DNA of 64,000 nt from Eledone cirrhosa (Eukaryota): the NCBI GenBank assembly GCA_964016885.1, contig OZ024741.1:41354001-41418000 (forward strand), written 5' to 3'. Of this stretch, positions 44,401 through 58,749 are shown in pieces; within the stretch, counting starts at the first letter, position 1, and each line of letters begins with the position of its first letter. The position numbers and the translations under genes were made by a program. The notes under the pieces are model-generated. The model was not told where the DNA came from and ran no database searches. It was given only the letters and a program-made list of their open reading frames with translations.

Positions 44401-45923
44401 TTGCAACTATATTTTCCCTTCTGTCCACATAAAAGATTCAACTATCAAATTTTACTTTTTTTAGGTGGGGTTCTTACCAATAAGGCATGATTAGTAAAAA
44501 CAAAGTAAAAAATACATCAAAATTGTGTGTAACTGGATTAGAGTTGGTGCACTGTATCCTTGCAAGATTTGACCAAAGAAGGGCATCTGGCCATAAAATA
44601 CTGCTTCAAATAGTGCCCCATGATGAATATGATTAAGCTTATCATAGATTCCACAAAGCTGACCCCTGATTTAGCATAGAAAATGGCTTTAAAAAAGTTT
44701 GTTGTAGTCATGAAGGGAAAGGCAGCGACAATGATCTTCAGGGCCTGAAACTAGATATATGAACCAAATTCTTGCAACAAAGTTGACTATGTTACTGACA
44801 CCCAAGAGTCAGGTGGTGGCATTGAACCAGATAACAGTTTAAGTCTACCAACTATGTAGGCCCCAGGAGAATTTGAACTTGGATACAAAAGTATATGAAT
44901 AAATACTGCAAGACATTACACCCAATAGTCTCTTTCATTTCTCAATATGTGAAATAGAGTAGTAGATGCAGTTTACTAGCAGTAGCAGCAACAGTAGAAG
45001 TAGCAGCAGTACTGCAGCTTACATAGTACTGAGCCTAAAGGTAACGGAAATGGAGCCATAATTGTGTAACCTTCCTAGAAATGAGTGGAATTTTGTAGGT
45101 GTAAAATGTTTGGAATTCGTTGCGTATATATATTCCTCACTATGTGTGGGTGGGTGTAAATATGTTTGTGTATGTCTATGTATATCAGTAAAGCTTAATG
45201 TAATTTAACCATTCAATGTAGCAGTGCTGGATTAACCATTAAGAAAGATAAGCCCATGCTTAAGGCACAAAGGGATGAGGAGCAATATTTTATTCAAATT
45301 AATTGTAATTGTCATTCTAAAACTTTTTATTTTACAGTCTTTGTATATAGAGTTAATAGGATTTCAAAAGGACTTCATCTGTCCCTGCAATAAATAGAGA
45401 TTGACAAAATGGATATCAGACAGAAATAAGTACTGAGGTCAATATAGCCAACTAAAATCTTTAAAGACTAACAATGTCCCCACATTGTAAAGTTCAATGA
45501 CTGGAAAGAGTCAATGAACTATGACCAAGCAAGGATTGGTGGGAAAAAAATATCATGAAACTGAAGGTATGATCTGGTCTGGTCTGGTTGCTAGCAACAC
45601 AGTGGAGCACACTAAAAGCATCCAAGGACCAGGTAGTGGTGTGAAATTAGAGAGCATATTGGGAGAGAGGGGGATGAAGATCCAAGGTGAATGATAGGAG
45701 CATTGCCTACAGTGGGAACGAGATTGAGCTTTGAGGATAGAAAAGGAGTGAATTTTTGGGTGAGAAGGAAGAGGTGAGGTTTTAAGGTGAGAAAGTGAGA
45801 AAAGGAGAGAGAGAGAGGGGGGGGGGAGAACTATGAGAGAAACAGGCTATAAGATGATGATGAAAGAGAGAAAGGAGTGGATGGACAGAGACAGCGAGAG
45901 AGAGAAACATGACAGACACTATA

Positions 45924-46024
<101 letters not shown>

Positions 46025-46371
46025 TAGACAGGAGATAGTGGTCAAAGAAATAAAGAGGCATGAGAGACACAGAGGCCAGCAGATATAGTGAGAGAAAGAA
46101 AGAGAGAAAGACATTATATTCCCTTATGCATTTTTCTTTTTAGCAAGACTGTAGTCAATTATATTGCTTAGATTTATATAGCATTCGTCTGCTAAGTAGT
46201 CATTTATTGTCAGAATATCAGAAAGCTATGGACGTATTGTGATATGACAGTAGCCAGAAAGATGGCAGCTAATCAATACTAAATACAATCCAAGTTGTGA
46301 TGGTGCTATTGAGGTTATATAATATTTATTCCAGTCTTGACTATTACTGTAAAATAATTCCATTCCCACAG

Positions 46372-47240
46372 TCACTACCACCACCACAACCAGCACCACC
46401 ACCACCACCACCACAGCCAGCACCACCACCACCACCACCACAACCAGCAACACCATCACAGCCACCACCACAGCCAGCACCACCACCACCACAGCCAGCA
46501 CTACCATCACAGCCATCACCACCACCTCCATGCTAGGACCACCACCTCACTACCACCACCACCACAACCAGCACCACCACCCCGCCACCACCACCACCAC
46601 AGCCAGCACCAGCACCACCACCACAGCCAACACCAATACCACAATCACCACCACAGCCACCACCACCATCACAGCCAGCACCATCACAGCCACCACCACC
46701 ACCACAGCCAGGACCACCACCACGCCAGGACCACCACTTCGCCACCACCACCACCACAGCCAGCACCAGCACCACAGCCAACACCAATACCACAACCACC
46801 ACCACCACCACAGCCACCACCACCACCATCACAGCCACCACCACCACCACCACAGCCAGCACCACCACCACCACCACCACAGCCAGCACCACCACCACAG
46901 CCACCAGCACCAATACTATAACCATCACCAACATCTCAACCACTAACGATACTACAACCACCACCAATACCACAACCACCACAGCCAGCATCAACATAGC
47001 CACCACCAACACCACAGTCACCATCAACATAGCCACCACCAACCCCACAACCATCACCAATACCATCAATACCATCAATACCATAGTCATCACCAACCTC
47101 ACTACCACCACAACCACTATCACAACAACCACAGCCACCACCAACATAGCCACCACAAAAACAACCACCACCAATACCACTATCATGACAAACACAGCTA
47201 CCATCAACATCAACACAGCCACCACCACCAGCATCAACAC
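46372..47240. repeat. Degenerate (CAC/CAG) trinucleotide repeat
   Basis: Direct inspection. Confidence 0.92.
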
Positions 47241-47879
47241 TGACTCATCATATGACCTTATGCTACTGCCCATCACCCAACCAGCCTCCACTCCATTGAA
47301 TATTATGGTAAAATAATTCCATTTCCACCAACACCACAAACATTATCACAACCAAGATCACAACCACCACTACAACCACCACTACAAATAACAGAGTCTC
47401 ATCATACGATCTACTGCCACCCATCCTATTGCCCAACCAACGTCCAGCTCCATTCAAAAAAGCATTATGATAATGGTACAAGTCAAAATTGTATTGAAGG
47501 ACTGACAAAACATTCTAACTGGCAGCAGTAAAGTTATTGGCTAAAAATAGACTACTACTGACCAAGACTATTATTTAAAACAGTTACATGATTTCTTCAC
47601 ATTCCTGCCTTTGGTTTTCAGTTCTAAAACAGTCGTTGTCTTTATTGAATATCACAAGATTTTCTCAAACACATTGCCACTGTCATCATCATCATCATCA
47701 TTTTTAGGTTCATTTTTCCATGCTGACAAGGGCTGGAGGAAACCTTTTGAGCAGGGCTCGACTACCCATTAAGCAAACTAAGCACATGCTTAAGGTCCCA
47801 ATCGAAGGGGACACACATACACACACACATTATATTCAAATAAAAAATCTCTCCATCATCCCACAGTAGCTGCTTAATC

Positions 47880-48330
47880 ATTATCAACATCTTCTTTGCT
47901 CACTTATTCCTGAGGGTAGTCATGGGAGCAGAGTCCTCAAACACTCCTTCCAGCAGGTCCTGTCAGAAGCAACTGTCTCCAATTGATCTGGCTTGGTCCC
48001 CAAGTAAGACCAGCCAAACTCATGGATCAATCCAGCCATTATGCTCTGGGTCCACGCCTGCATCTCCTGCCAGTTGCTTTTACCCATAAAATCTGTCCAG
48101 CGATTCTTTTCTGAGACATTCTTTTCTATCATGCCCATTAAGACCCAAAAGGACTTAAACTGGCCCTTCTTTTGGGGGCAGTGTTTCTACAACCAGAGGA
48201 TGTTCCTAATGTCCGAAAGTAGTGATGGCTCTTTAATCTTGTCAAATACATGACAACCTGTCCAATGCTGGTATCCACAATAATATAAACCCAAGCCAAT
48301 CATGTATATGTCACTAGTAGATAAGTTAAA
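47880..48330 (-). mobile_element. Old RTE-like LINE 3' remnant
   Basis: Decayed C-terminus ..LGTKPDQLETVASDRTCWKECLRTLLP. Confidence 0.5.
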
Positions 48331-49184
48331 TGCTGTGTTTTTCTTTTGTATTTTCATGGAAAAAGGTGACTTACACATGAAAATATATGGTGTGTGTGAA
48401 AATACACATATAAACATGTAATATTTATTACAGTGACTGTTTACTGCAAAGTTTTGCCGATATTGAACAGTCTTCCAAGTAAACAGACATTATCAATAAT
48501 AAATATTTAAAATCCCACAAGATCAGCTTTGCTTTTCATCTTTCCAAGGTCAATAAAAAAAGTACCAATAAAGTATTGGGGTCGATTTAATCAAATGTCC
48601 CCTCCCTCCCCATAACTTGCCGACTTTGTCCTAAAATTAGAAATCATTAATAATTGTTTCTACTTTTGGCACAAGCCCAGCAATTACCCAGTGTATTATT
48701 GGTACTTTATTTTATCGACCCCATAAGGATGAAAGACAAAGTTAACCTCGGTGGGATTTGAACTCAGAATAGCAAGGGCCGTAACTCTATGCATCAAAGC
48801 AAGGTGTCCGACCCTCTACCGATACGGCCAATCCACCGCCCTAAAAAAAATCATTAATAATAATAATCTACCGCCCTAAAGAAATCATTAATAATAAATA
48901 TTATTTTTACTCGATATGAGTACAAGTTTAGTATATTTATTATATTAACATAAAAATAATTCTTTATAGTTTCTGTCATTTTCAAAGGGTTTTAGTCATT
49001 TTCTAAGGGTTTTAGTCAATCATATCAAGCGAGTACTTATTTTCTTCAGATCTAAAATTTTATCAAACTACTAAGGTATGGAACACACACAAATACATCT
49101 GCATGGTTAATGGCTGAGAGAACAGAGTACTCAGTACCAAAGTAAAGTTTAAATATTCATTTTATTAAGGCTAAATAGTTAAGT

Positions 49185-49234
49185 TCTTGTCTGATGATCC
49201 TGTGATAAACAGGTGAAACTTCAGTGTAACAAGA
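49185..49234 (+). ncRNA. Minimal type I hammerhead ribozyme, canonical core
   Basis: TCTTGT-CTGATGA-tCCTGT gataa ACAGGt-GAAA-CTTCAGTG-TA-ACAAGA; enclosed by 27-bp inverted repeats 49153-49179 and 49238-49264. Confidence 0.88.
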
Positions 49235-49257
49235 CTTACTATTTAGCCTTAATAAAA

Positions 49258-49302
<45 letters not shown>

Positions 49303-51696
49303 TTTATAATCTAGGTAGACCTCTTCAAAATGTTTTAACAATATAGACAATGTTGATTTGAGTTGATCTGGATTTTAAAGCTAACCACTAAAAGCAATGG
49401 ACATGTTTCAGTATTAATAGACCTTCTCAGCAAAGCAGTAAACATGTTTGTTGCTGTCAGTAGTAGCTTTAAATATCAGATTCACTTCAATCTGAGATGC
49501 TTACGAGAAATTTACATGATTTCCATGCTTGCACAGGTGTCATGAGTATTAAGCAACTGAGAATACAAAACCCCATCCTTGAGCTAAGCCCCAGCTCTCT
49601 GTTGGTAGACATTTTGACATTTTAAGTTGAGTGAATTGGAATAACATAAAAGGAACTTCTTTGAGGGGGGGCGCAGAAGGGGAGAGAGAAAGAGAGGGTG
49701 GTTGTCACTTAATCACTTTAATAATCTTAGTTGATTAAAGTTTTCTGATATACCATATTACATATGTGAGATTCTACAGTGATAGTAATGACAAGCTTGC
49801 CATCATGAAGAAAGCAATTCCCTCTGAAAGTATAGTTCAGGTGTCTCTCATTCTACACTGCCTCTTGACACTACAACTAACTTGCTTCATTTCTCAACTG
49901 AATTTACCCTTTTGACACCAAACCACCTTAAGTTGCCTCCTCGGTCGATGATATAATGACATTTATTTTAAAGCATTTAGATTTAACTAAACACCTCCCA
50001 TCACAGTTTTATTTAAATACCATTAAGTTATGCTCCAAATTCCAGCGCAATAATGAGAAAGTTAGTTATATCACTGAATCCCACCATTATTATTTTTATT
50101 ATTATTTTCAAAGTTATTTGAGAATTATAGACTGTCTTTCATGAGAAAGATGGTAACAAAAGGGTTAATGAAAAATTTCAACAAATACTATTTCAGGTCC
50201 TTCTTAATACCGTTCTCTTCAGTTAAATATCTAATTATTTCTTTAACTCTTTCATTACCACATTTCTAATGAAATACACAGTATATGATTTTCGAATCAA
50301 TTTGAAAATAATCAAGAAACTTGAGAGATTTAATAATATACTTAACTTTCTCATTATTAAACTGGTGTGAGGAGCATAACTTAAAGGTTCTTACATAAAA
50401 TTAGCTTTGTATTATGGAAGTAGGGGTAGTTTCAGGCAGTGTGATATCAAAGGGGTTAATATATATCTATTGCTTCAATCTAAAATTCAATTTATTCTTG
50501 TAAGTAACCTGTTATTAACACTTCACCAAATCTAAATATACTCCTTATAAATAATCTATTCTTCATCCCTAAAGTGACTAAAGCAAGTATATACTTCAGT
50601 CCAGGTAGATAAGTAAGACAAAGCTGGCCATCAACAAAGTAGTTACGATGATGATGATGATGATGATGATGACGATGTGGAAGGGAGGGTTGTATTTTTG
50701 TGTTCAAATCTATTAGTTTTTCATTAGCAAGCTATGTTTGGAACATTACTTAACGAAAATGTCTAACATAAAATTATGATGGACGGTTCTCATATAAGTT
50801 TAAAAAATGCCATTTTATACCTGGGGGGAGTTTAAGGTTAACCGTTTAGTTACCATTTTTCTAAGGAAAGACACTGCCAATATGCTTTAATGTATTTTGA
50901 AAATAATTTTAAAAATTGAGAAATTTAGTAAAAAAACTTCTTTATTTTAAAGTTGTTTAGTGCATTACTTAACAAAACATTCTTATATAAATAGAATATT
51001 TTAATAAAAGTATAACATTTAAAAAGTTAGCAGTTTTATATCATGGAACAAACGAGCATTCTCAGGTGAGTTGGAATTGAAAATACTAACCTTTTTGTTA
51101 CCATATTTCTAATGAAACACTGCCAATGTATTTCAATTAATTTTGAAAATAATAATAAAATTTTAACGAATTTAATACATTATTACTTAACGGTTTCTTA
51201 CATAAAATTATAAAATTATGATGGTAGCTTTGATATAAATATGAACTCTTTGAAACAAGCAGTTTTTATACCATAAAAACAAAGGTAAATTTTGATGGGT
51301 TGGCATGGACGGGTTAAAGGGACTAAACCAAAATCAACAGCCACTTCCACTGACTTTGAGGAAAGCTATATCTAACACTATAGATTAAAACTAAATCCAA
51401 TCACGAAGAGTTTCCATATAAGTAGACAGTTCTGGCTTAAGTGATTCTTCGTCCCAGAAGCATTAACTGAAGTTTTAGTATTCAGTAATTGAATACAACT
51501 CAATTGACATTCAAATAATCTAGGGTTTTTTTATCATATTTATTCTATATTATTTTCTTATTTTGTATGGAGACAGAGCGAGCGGGAGCGAGAGAGAGAG
51601 AGAGAGCAAGCAAGAGAGAAGAGGAGAGAGAGAGAGAGAGAACGAGCGAGAATGAGAGAGAGCAAGAGAGAGAGAACGAGCGAGAATGAGAGAGAG

Positions 51697-51762
<66 letters not shown>

Positions 51763-52214
51763 AGGGATGGAAATACACATTTTCAGATTTAAAATAATCT
51801 TTAGTCAACCATTATTAGTTAACAGACAAGAAAAAAAAACCAACATCCATTCCAAATACATTTCTGGTTCTTAGTTTACCATTGTCTGCTTCGCTCAGCA
51901 TTTCCAAGAGAGACATGGTTGAAACACTAATCCCAGATATCATACTTGATGGAATCAGATAAGTAAATGGAAATAACTATTTAACCGTTTACAATGTTTA
52001 TATATTGGTCAATGTTATGGTATGGTGGTAGTAGCAGAAGATGCATTAGTTGTACATAAACCAGACAAGAGTTCTGAAAAAATAGTTGTGTGTGTGTACA
52101 CATGCATTTGTGTGTATGTGTGTTTGAATATATGTAAATATGTATGTGGATGCATTTATGAAAGTATATATGCCTGTGTGTATGTGTGTGTGTGTGTGTG
52201 TGTGCGTGTGTGCA

Positions 52215-52425
52215 AAAAGCAAACAGAAATAACAAAGCAAATGACACGGTACAATGGAGAAATATATTATTAGTTTTATGCTTGATAGAGTAGGAAAAGA
52301 GTCTTAACGTTTCAGACATTAGTCCTTCATTAGAAAATAAAATGGGAAATTAAAGAAGAAATAGAAAGGTAGAGGAGACTGGACAGTGGCAAAAAAAGAA
52401 CAGGTCAATTCACATTGCCATCTCA
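52215..52425 (-). mobile_element. Short element with decayed minimal hammerhead
   Basis: Minus strand CTAATGA-aGGAC taat GTCT-GAAA-CGT-TA; similar to 53915-54090. Confidence 0.6.
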
Positions 52426-52566
52426 TATATATATATATATATATATAAAAGTAAGTTTTTTTTTAAATGTCCCAAGCGGGTAAAAATATAAGGAAAATAA
52501 ATTGAAAATGCAACTGGGGTCTATAAATATAATTAAAAGACTCCAGTTGCATTTTCAGTTTCTTTT

Positions 52567-52621
<55 letters not shown>

Positions 52622-52879
52622 GTGAGAGAGAGGGATAGATGGATAGATATACTATCTCAGTTATCATACACAGTATAGCTTAAGCAATAAAATGAAATTT
52701 GCCAACACTTCACTAGAAATGTTATAGAATGAAGTGGTTATGAACATAATCAAGGATGACCATCTTGAAATAGTCATTGAGTACTATGGTGGCATGGCTA
52801 AAATGAGGTTATATATTGATGTACCCGACGTTCACCTGACCAAAGAATTGAATGTTTATCATCAAAATAAAGATAGAAT

Positions 52880-53075
52880 TTATTATATATTCAAAATGTC
52901 AGAAAGGAAAAATAAACCCAGGAAAACAATAAAACAGTAGATTGAAGGCATCATTTGATATAGTATCGTAATAGCCTTAATGTTTCACACTATAGTCGTT
53001 CATCAAAAAATAGATTGAGAAATAGAAGAAATAGAAAGCTAGACAAAATTAAAAAGAGCAAGAAACAGAAGGTAT
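52880..53075 (-). mobile_element. Short element with decayed minimal hammerhead
   Basis: Minus strand TTGATGA-ACGACTATAGTGT-GAAA-CAT-TA at ~52975-53006. Confidence 0.45.
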
Positions 53076-53118
53076 TACTCTATTATGTGTTCCAGTCGCC
53101 ATGCTGGGGCACTGCCAT

Positions 53119-53345
53119 TGTATATATTTTATATAGAAATTACTTCTAAAGGACTACAACCATTTCATATATTTGAAATCACAAAGTTTCTGAGGATTTC
53201 AAATGAATGAAACAGTTCTAGCCATGTAGGAGTAATTTCTAGATGAAATAAATATATACACTCTCTATTAATGTATTGAGTAACTTAATTAACTGTGGTT
53301 CTTTTCCATTACTCTACAGAAACCCATTCTCAGTAATATATAATT
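53119..53345 (+). mobile_element. Fold-back hammerhead element (same family as 59247-59440)
   Basis: CTGAGGA-tTTCA aa TGAAt-GAAA-CAGTTCTAGCCATG-TA at 53190-53228; diverged inverted copy at 53119-53180. Confidence 0.7.
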
Positions 53346-53914
53346 CTCAGGGAGATTCAACGTAAAACTGTGTGCGATAAGGCTGGATCTTCAAATTACA
53401 GGTACAGTCCATCTGATGGGCTTCCAAACAGTTAGTGTCAACCCAATTTCATTCACAAGGCATGTCAAGAATACCACACAGAGGATTCCAGCTTGGGAGA
53501 TTATAATTTCAAGGAAAACTTTTTAACCATTCACTCATGTTGTGTCTACACTCACACACTCACACATGGCAAATTAGCAGAGCTGTTAGAATGTGAGATA
53601 GAAGGATTTTTGTATTCATTCTGGCTCTATGCATCTCTGAGTTCAAATTCTCCTGGGCTCAACTTTGCCTTTCATCCTTTTGAGGCAATAAATAGAGTAG
53701 CAATCCAGTACTGGGTTCGATTTTTCCTCCATATTTCTTTCTCACGTCCTGTCTCCCTGTCCCTGGAAGAAATTAGTTATGTTCAGACTTGGAGAAAGAT
53801 TGGTTCCACAAGATTTAACTATACTCAAGAAGTGCTGTATATCAATACAGTGCCTCTACAACTCCAGTAGGAGTTATGGATCCACAGACACACACACACA
53901 TATATAAATATATG

Positions 53915-54090
53915 CAAAAGGTAAACAGAAATAATAAAGTAAACAACACAGTGTAATGAAAAAATATATTAGTTTTATACTTGATAGAGTAGGAAAATAG
54001 TCTTAAGGTTTTGGCGCTAGTCCTTCATCAGAAAATAGATTCAGAAATTAAAAAAGAAACAGAAAGCTAGATGAGAGTGAGCAAGGGTAG
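53915..54090 (-). mobile_element. Short element with decayed minimal hammerhead
   Basis: Minus strand CTGATGA-AGGACTAGCGCC-AAAA-CCT-TA; flank shared with the 52215 copy. Confidence 0.6.
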
Positions 54091-54247
54091 AATATATATA
54101 TTTAAAGATAAGTAGGAAGAATGTGTCAGAGTATCATCATTAATTATAATCTAGTGTGACATACATTTCACTATTGATCAGCTCAAGGTTCGATCTCTAT
54201 TGATTTGGCCTGGCTCTGCAATATATATACATATATATATATGTATG

Positions 54248-54282
<35 letters not shown>

Positions 54283-55283
54283 ATATATATAGTAGATTGA
54301 GGTTATCATAGAAGACACTTGTCAAACTTTCACAAAGTGAGTTGACTTAATCCAAAACTCTGTAGTTCCAAAGCAAACTATTTAAAACCTACAACTATGC
54401 TTGCAATCGTCTATCTATTCATATATAAAACAACACAAAAAAAATAGACAAAAAAAAAAAAAAGAAAAAACATTGCTCCGATACCATTTACTGACTTGTA
54501 ATTTATACAGATTGAAATATTTCATGACTTACCCCCCCCCCCACACACACACAGGCATCCTTCTCAAAAAACACACACATGTATACAGAATGGCTCCACT
54601 GAAACATTTACTTTGTATTCTTGTATTCTGATAAATGACTTCTATTTTCCACTTAAATGAGTGTTCTATTATGATTGTCTTTACCAGTATCACCCCAAGC
54701 CCCACCCCACCAACACACCCTCTGTTTCAATCATCTTCGAATCAATCAGCTCATAAAGCTCACTTTAGCAAGAGAAATTAGACATCCACTTGACAGTAAT
54801 TTAAGCATCGTTACACTTATTGGGAATTCTCTTCTAACAGCAATCTAACAGGCTTATTGGATATTGCAAGACATTCTTTGCATATCATCAATCAAATACA
54901 ATATGTGAATGAAATAAAATAAAAAGTGTATATATATATTTTTCTTTCTTTCATCTTATCTTATCTAATCAGTATTTAAGGAAACAAACAATTTAATAAC
55001 ATTGATAAACTTTTTAACCCTTTTGTTACCATATTTCTAATGAAAAATAATGTTACCTATGATTTTCAATTAGTTTTGAAAATAATAAAACATTTTAAAT
55101 GATTTAGTAAAATAACTAACTCTTGTTTTTAAGATGGTGTTTGAAACATAACTATCTAAGCATTATATAACCCTTCTATTACCATATTTCTGGTGAAATA
55201 CACTTATGATTTTTAAATAATTTTGAAAATAATCAATAATTGAAAAGGGAGGGAGAATTTAATAAAATAATCTTTTTTAAATT

Positions 55284-55496
55284 TTAACCCTTTAGCATTT
55301 AAACCGGCCGCATCCAGCCAGAACTCTCTCACCCCTTTCTGTTCAAACCGGCTGTAACTGGCCACTCACACATACATTAAGGTATTATTGTCAAAATAAA
55401 TAACATCAAAATCTCGTAGATTTGAAATTATGTGAGATAACTATACCACAAAAATACAATAGTATATATAGAGTAATGTAAATGCTAAAGGGTTAA
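55284..55496. mobile_element. piggyBac-type MITE
   Basis: TTAA-CCCTTTAGCATTT...AAATGCTAAAGGG-TTAA; nested in an older related AT-rich MITE. Confidence 0.85.
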
Positions 55497-56200
55497 GCTG
55501 GTGATTGAAACAACAAAATTTTCTAACATAAAATGAAGGAATGTTAAAAACAAATGGTTTTGTAATGTGAAACTAGGAGCAATTTCAGGAGATTTGATGT
55601 CAGTAAGGTTTCAAAACTTCGACATCATTTTAGCTTACTTGACATATTATAATTTTTTTGTAATACAAAATCATCATTTTACTTCCATTTTCTTTTTTGT
55701 GTGTGAGTGTGTGCTGGCATGGGTTCGACAAGTCATCACAGTTTGATACTAGATGGGTTGGAGAACCATATCTTGCTAATATGATTCCACATTGGTGTTT
55801 AATAACATAAGAAACTCAGGGATATTTCTTAAGCAAATCAAATAATTCACAATGCTTTTGCAGTCTTGTCCGTGAGGCACAGCCACAACACTGCTGTACC
55901 CTAGGTCTAGAGCCCCTCACCCTCCATCCGCCATGCATCTTCCCATCCTAATAATTGTTTCTACTTTTGGCACAAGACCAGCAATTACCCAGTGCATTAC
56001 TGGTACTTTATTTTATCGACCCCGTAAGGATGAAAGGAAAAATTAACCTCAGCAAGCTTTGAACTCAGAATGGCAAGGGCCAATAATACCAATTCATTAT
56101 AATCACACACATCCACATAGATATATAGGCCTCCATACACGCACACTAACATTTAGTCACATTCATGCACACTCAGACACAAATTTACACCCATAAACCA

Positions 56201-56535
56201 AGGAAGCACATGGCTTAGTGGTTAGAACATTGGCCTTGCAATCGAAAGGTTGTCAGTTCAATTCTCAGACCGGGTGATGTGTTGTTTCCTTGAGCAAGGC
56301 ACTTTATTTCACATTGCTCCAGTTTACTCAGCTGTAGAAATGAGATGATAGGGACTGGGATCTCTATCATTCCACTGTAAAGTGGTCGTGGAGGTACCAC
56401 GGCAAAAAAGCACCCAGCACTCACTGTAAATGAGGTTGGTGTTAGGAAGGGCATCCAGCTGTAGAAATCAAGCCAGAATCAGTTCCCGTTCCACCCTTGC
56501 AAGCAGGGAAAAGTGGACGTAAAATGAAATGATGA
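56201..56535 (+). mobile_element. Family B tRNA-derived SINE (CORE-like) with RTE-derived tail
   Basis: TGGCTTAGTGG A box, GTTCAATTC B box, TCCTTGAGCAAGGCACTT core, tail TTAGGAAGGGCATCCAGCTGTAGAAA..GGACGTAAAA. Confidence 0.88.
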
Positions 56536-57049
56536 AACACAAACACATTCACACATATATACACAAATACTTTCACACATATATATACGCAAACACAATC
56601 ACACATATAAACACATAAACACAACATATTCACACATAAATATAAACACATTCACACATATATGCACAAACACATTCACACATATAAACACATTCAAACA
56701 CAAACACATTCCGACATATAAACATAAACAAATACCCACACATATATACACAAACACATTCACACATATAAACACAAACACATACACACACATACATACA
56801 CAAACACATCCACACATATATACACAAACACATTCACACATACATATACACATTATGATATCTAAACTTTAAAAAAGAAATGGAAATTAGAAGTTATATA
56901 ACAAAGGTGATTATGTGTAATGATACATAGACACCGTCAAACTTTAATTAAATGAGAACTCAATACATATGACTAACAACAAAAACAAGCATTTTAAAGC
57001 CTTTGATACGAAAACTGCCTGATCCATTCCTGGTTCTGTGATACAAAAC

Positions 57050-57390
57050 TCATCCTCATCACCATTTTTACGTCCGCTTTTTCCCTGCTTGCAAGGGTGG
57101 GACGGGAACTGATTATGGCTTGATTTCTACAGCTGGATGCGCTTCCTAACACCAACCTCATTTACAGTGAGTGCTGGGTGTTTTTTTCCATGGCGCCTAC
57201 ACGTCCACTTTGCAGTGGAATGATAGGGATCCCAGTCCCTGTCATCTCATTTCTACAGCTGAGTAAACTGGAGCAATGTGAAATAAAGTGTCTTGCTCAA
57301 GGAAACAACACATCGCCTGGTCTGAGAATTGAACTCACAACCTTTCGATTGCAAGCCCAATGCTCTAACCACTAAGCCATGTGCCTCCAT
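57050..57390 (-). mobile_element. Family B SINE
   Basis: Near-identical to 15935-16272. Confidence 0.88.
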
Positions 57391-57747
57391 GAAACTATTT
57401 ATTTCAAACCTTCCACCATAATATAATGTAAGAACCATTGTGAAGTAATGCTTCAGACACCAGCTTAATAATAATTTCTACAATAGGCGCAAGGCCTTTG
57501 GAGGAGGGGGAGTTGATTAAATCAACCCCAATGAATTACTGGTGCTTTGTTTTAATGACCTCGGAAGGACGAAAGGCAAAGCTAACCTCAGCAGGATTTG
57601 AACTCAGAATGTAAAGAGCCATAACACTATGCTATGAAGCATGGTGTCCGACGCTCTCTCGACACTGCCAATCCACCGCTCTCAGAACACAATCAAATAA
57701 TAATAAAAAATGTAAATAAATATGATTGGTTGACATACACCAACTTA

Positions 57748-57939
57748 ATAATTGTTTCTACTTTTGGCACAAGGCCAGCAAATACCTAGTGTATTACTGG
57801 TACTTTATTTTATCGACCTCATAAGGATGAAAGGCAAAATTAACCTCAGCAGGCTTTGAACTCAGAATGGCAAGGGCCGTAACTCTATGCATCAAAGCAT
57901 GGTGTCCGAACCTCTACCGATACTGCCAATCCACCGCCC
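57748..57939 (-). mobile_element. Full-length family A SINE with target-site duplication
   Basis: TACACCAACTTAATAAT at 57736-57752 and 57944-57960; an older copy lies next to it at 57470-57680. Confidence 0.88.
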
Positions 57940-58231
57940 ATATTACACCAACTTAATAATGGGAAAGCTGTATAACTAAATCACTCCACAATCGTGACTA
58001 TTTTTTAAAAAGTGTTTGAAAATAATAGGTAGTGTTTTCATTAGAAATATGGTAAAGAGAGTGTTAAGGTAATCTCCCTTGCTAAAGTACGGGTTATCTA
58101 GAGAGTGGGTACGACAAGGTTCATTAACACCATCCCCTACAGAGAAGCAAAAACCAGAAAGCAGTCTTTCTTTCTTTCATGTTACACAAAATAAATAACA
58201 GTAATATCCTGGAGCCCAGTTGAATCTAATT

Positions 58232-58327
58232 CAAAAATACTACTTCCTCCAAAAATACTACTTCCTCCAAAAATACTACACCCTCCAAAAATACTACTTC
58301 CTCCAAAAATACTACTTCCTCCAAAAA
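58232..58327. repeat. 18-bp tandem repeat, ~5 copies
   Basis: CAAAAATACTACTTCCTC units. Confidence 0.92.
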
Positions 58328-58489
58328 AAATGTCATTTCTATAGAAATTCAGAAAGAAATATAACAAGACACATCAAAGCAAAAACCAAAAACTAATTAA
58401 TATTATTATTGATGCTGACACATAGAGCTGTCAATACATATCTATTTATTTATATATATATTTATATAGATAAATATATGCACCTATAA

Positions 58490-58568
<79 letters not shown>

Positions 58569-58611
58569 CACAAACACACACACATATATATGTGCACATA
58601 TATAAATATAT

Positions 58612-58658
<47 letters not shown>

Positions 58659-58749
58659 GACATATATATATATGTGTATGCACATATATAAATATATGCA
58701 CATATATATATATGCACACACACACACATATATATATATATATGTGTAT

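Noticed and set aside
46297-47339. His/Thr/Pro-rich or Val-rich proteins
   Set aside because: CAC trinucleotide repeat read in several frames; no splice or domain support
52734-52940. 68-aa ORF MVMNIIKDDH...
   Set aside because: No recognisable motif, non-ATG start, and it runs into a repeat element
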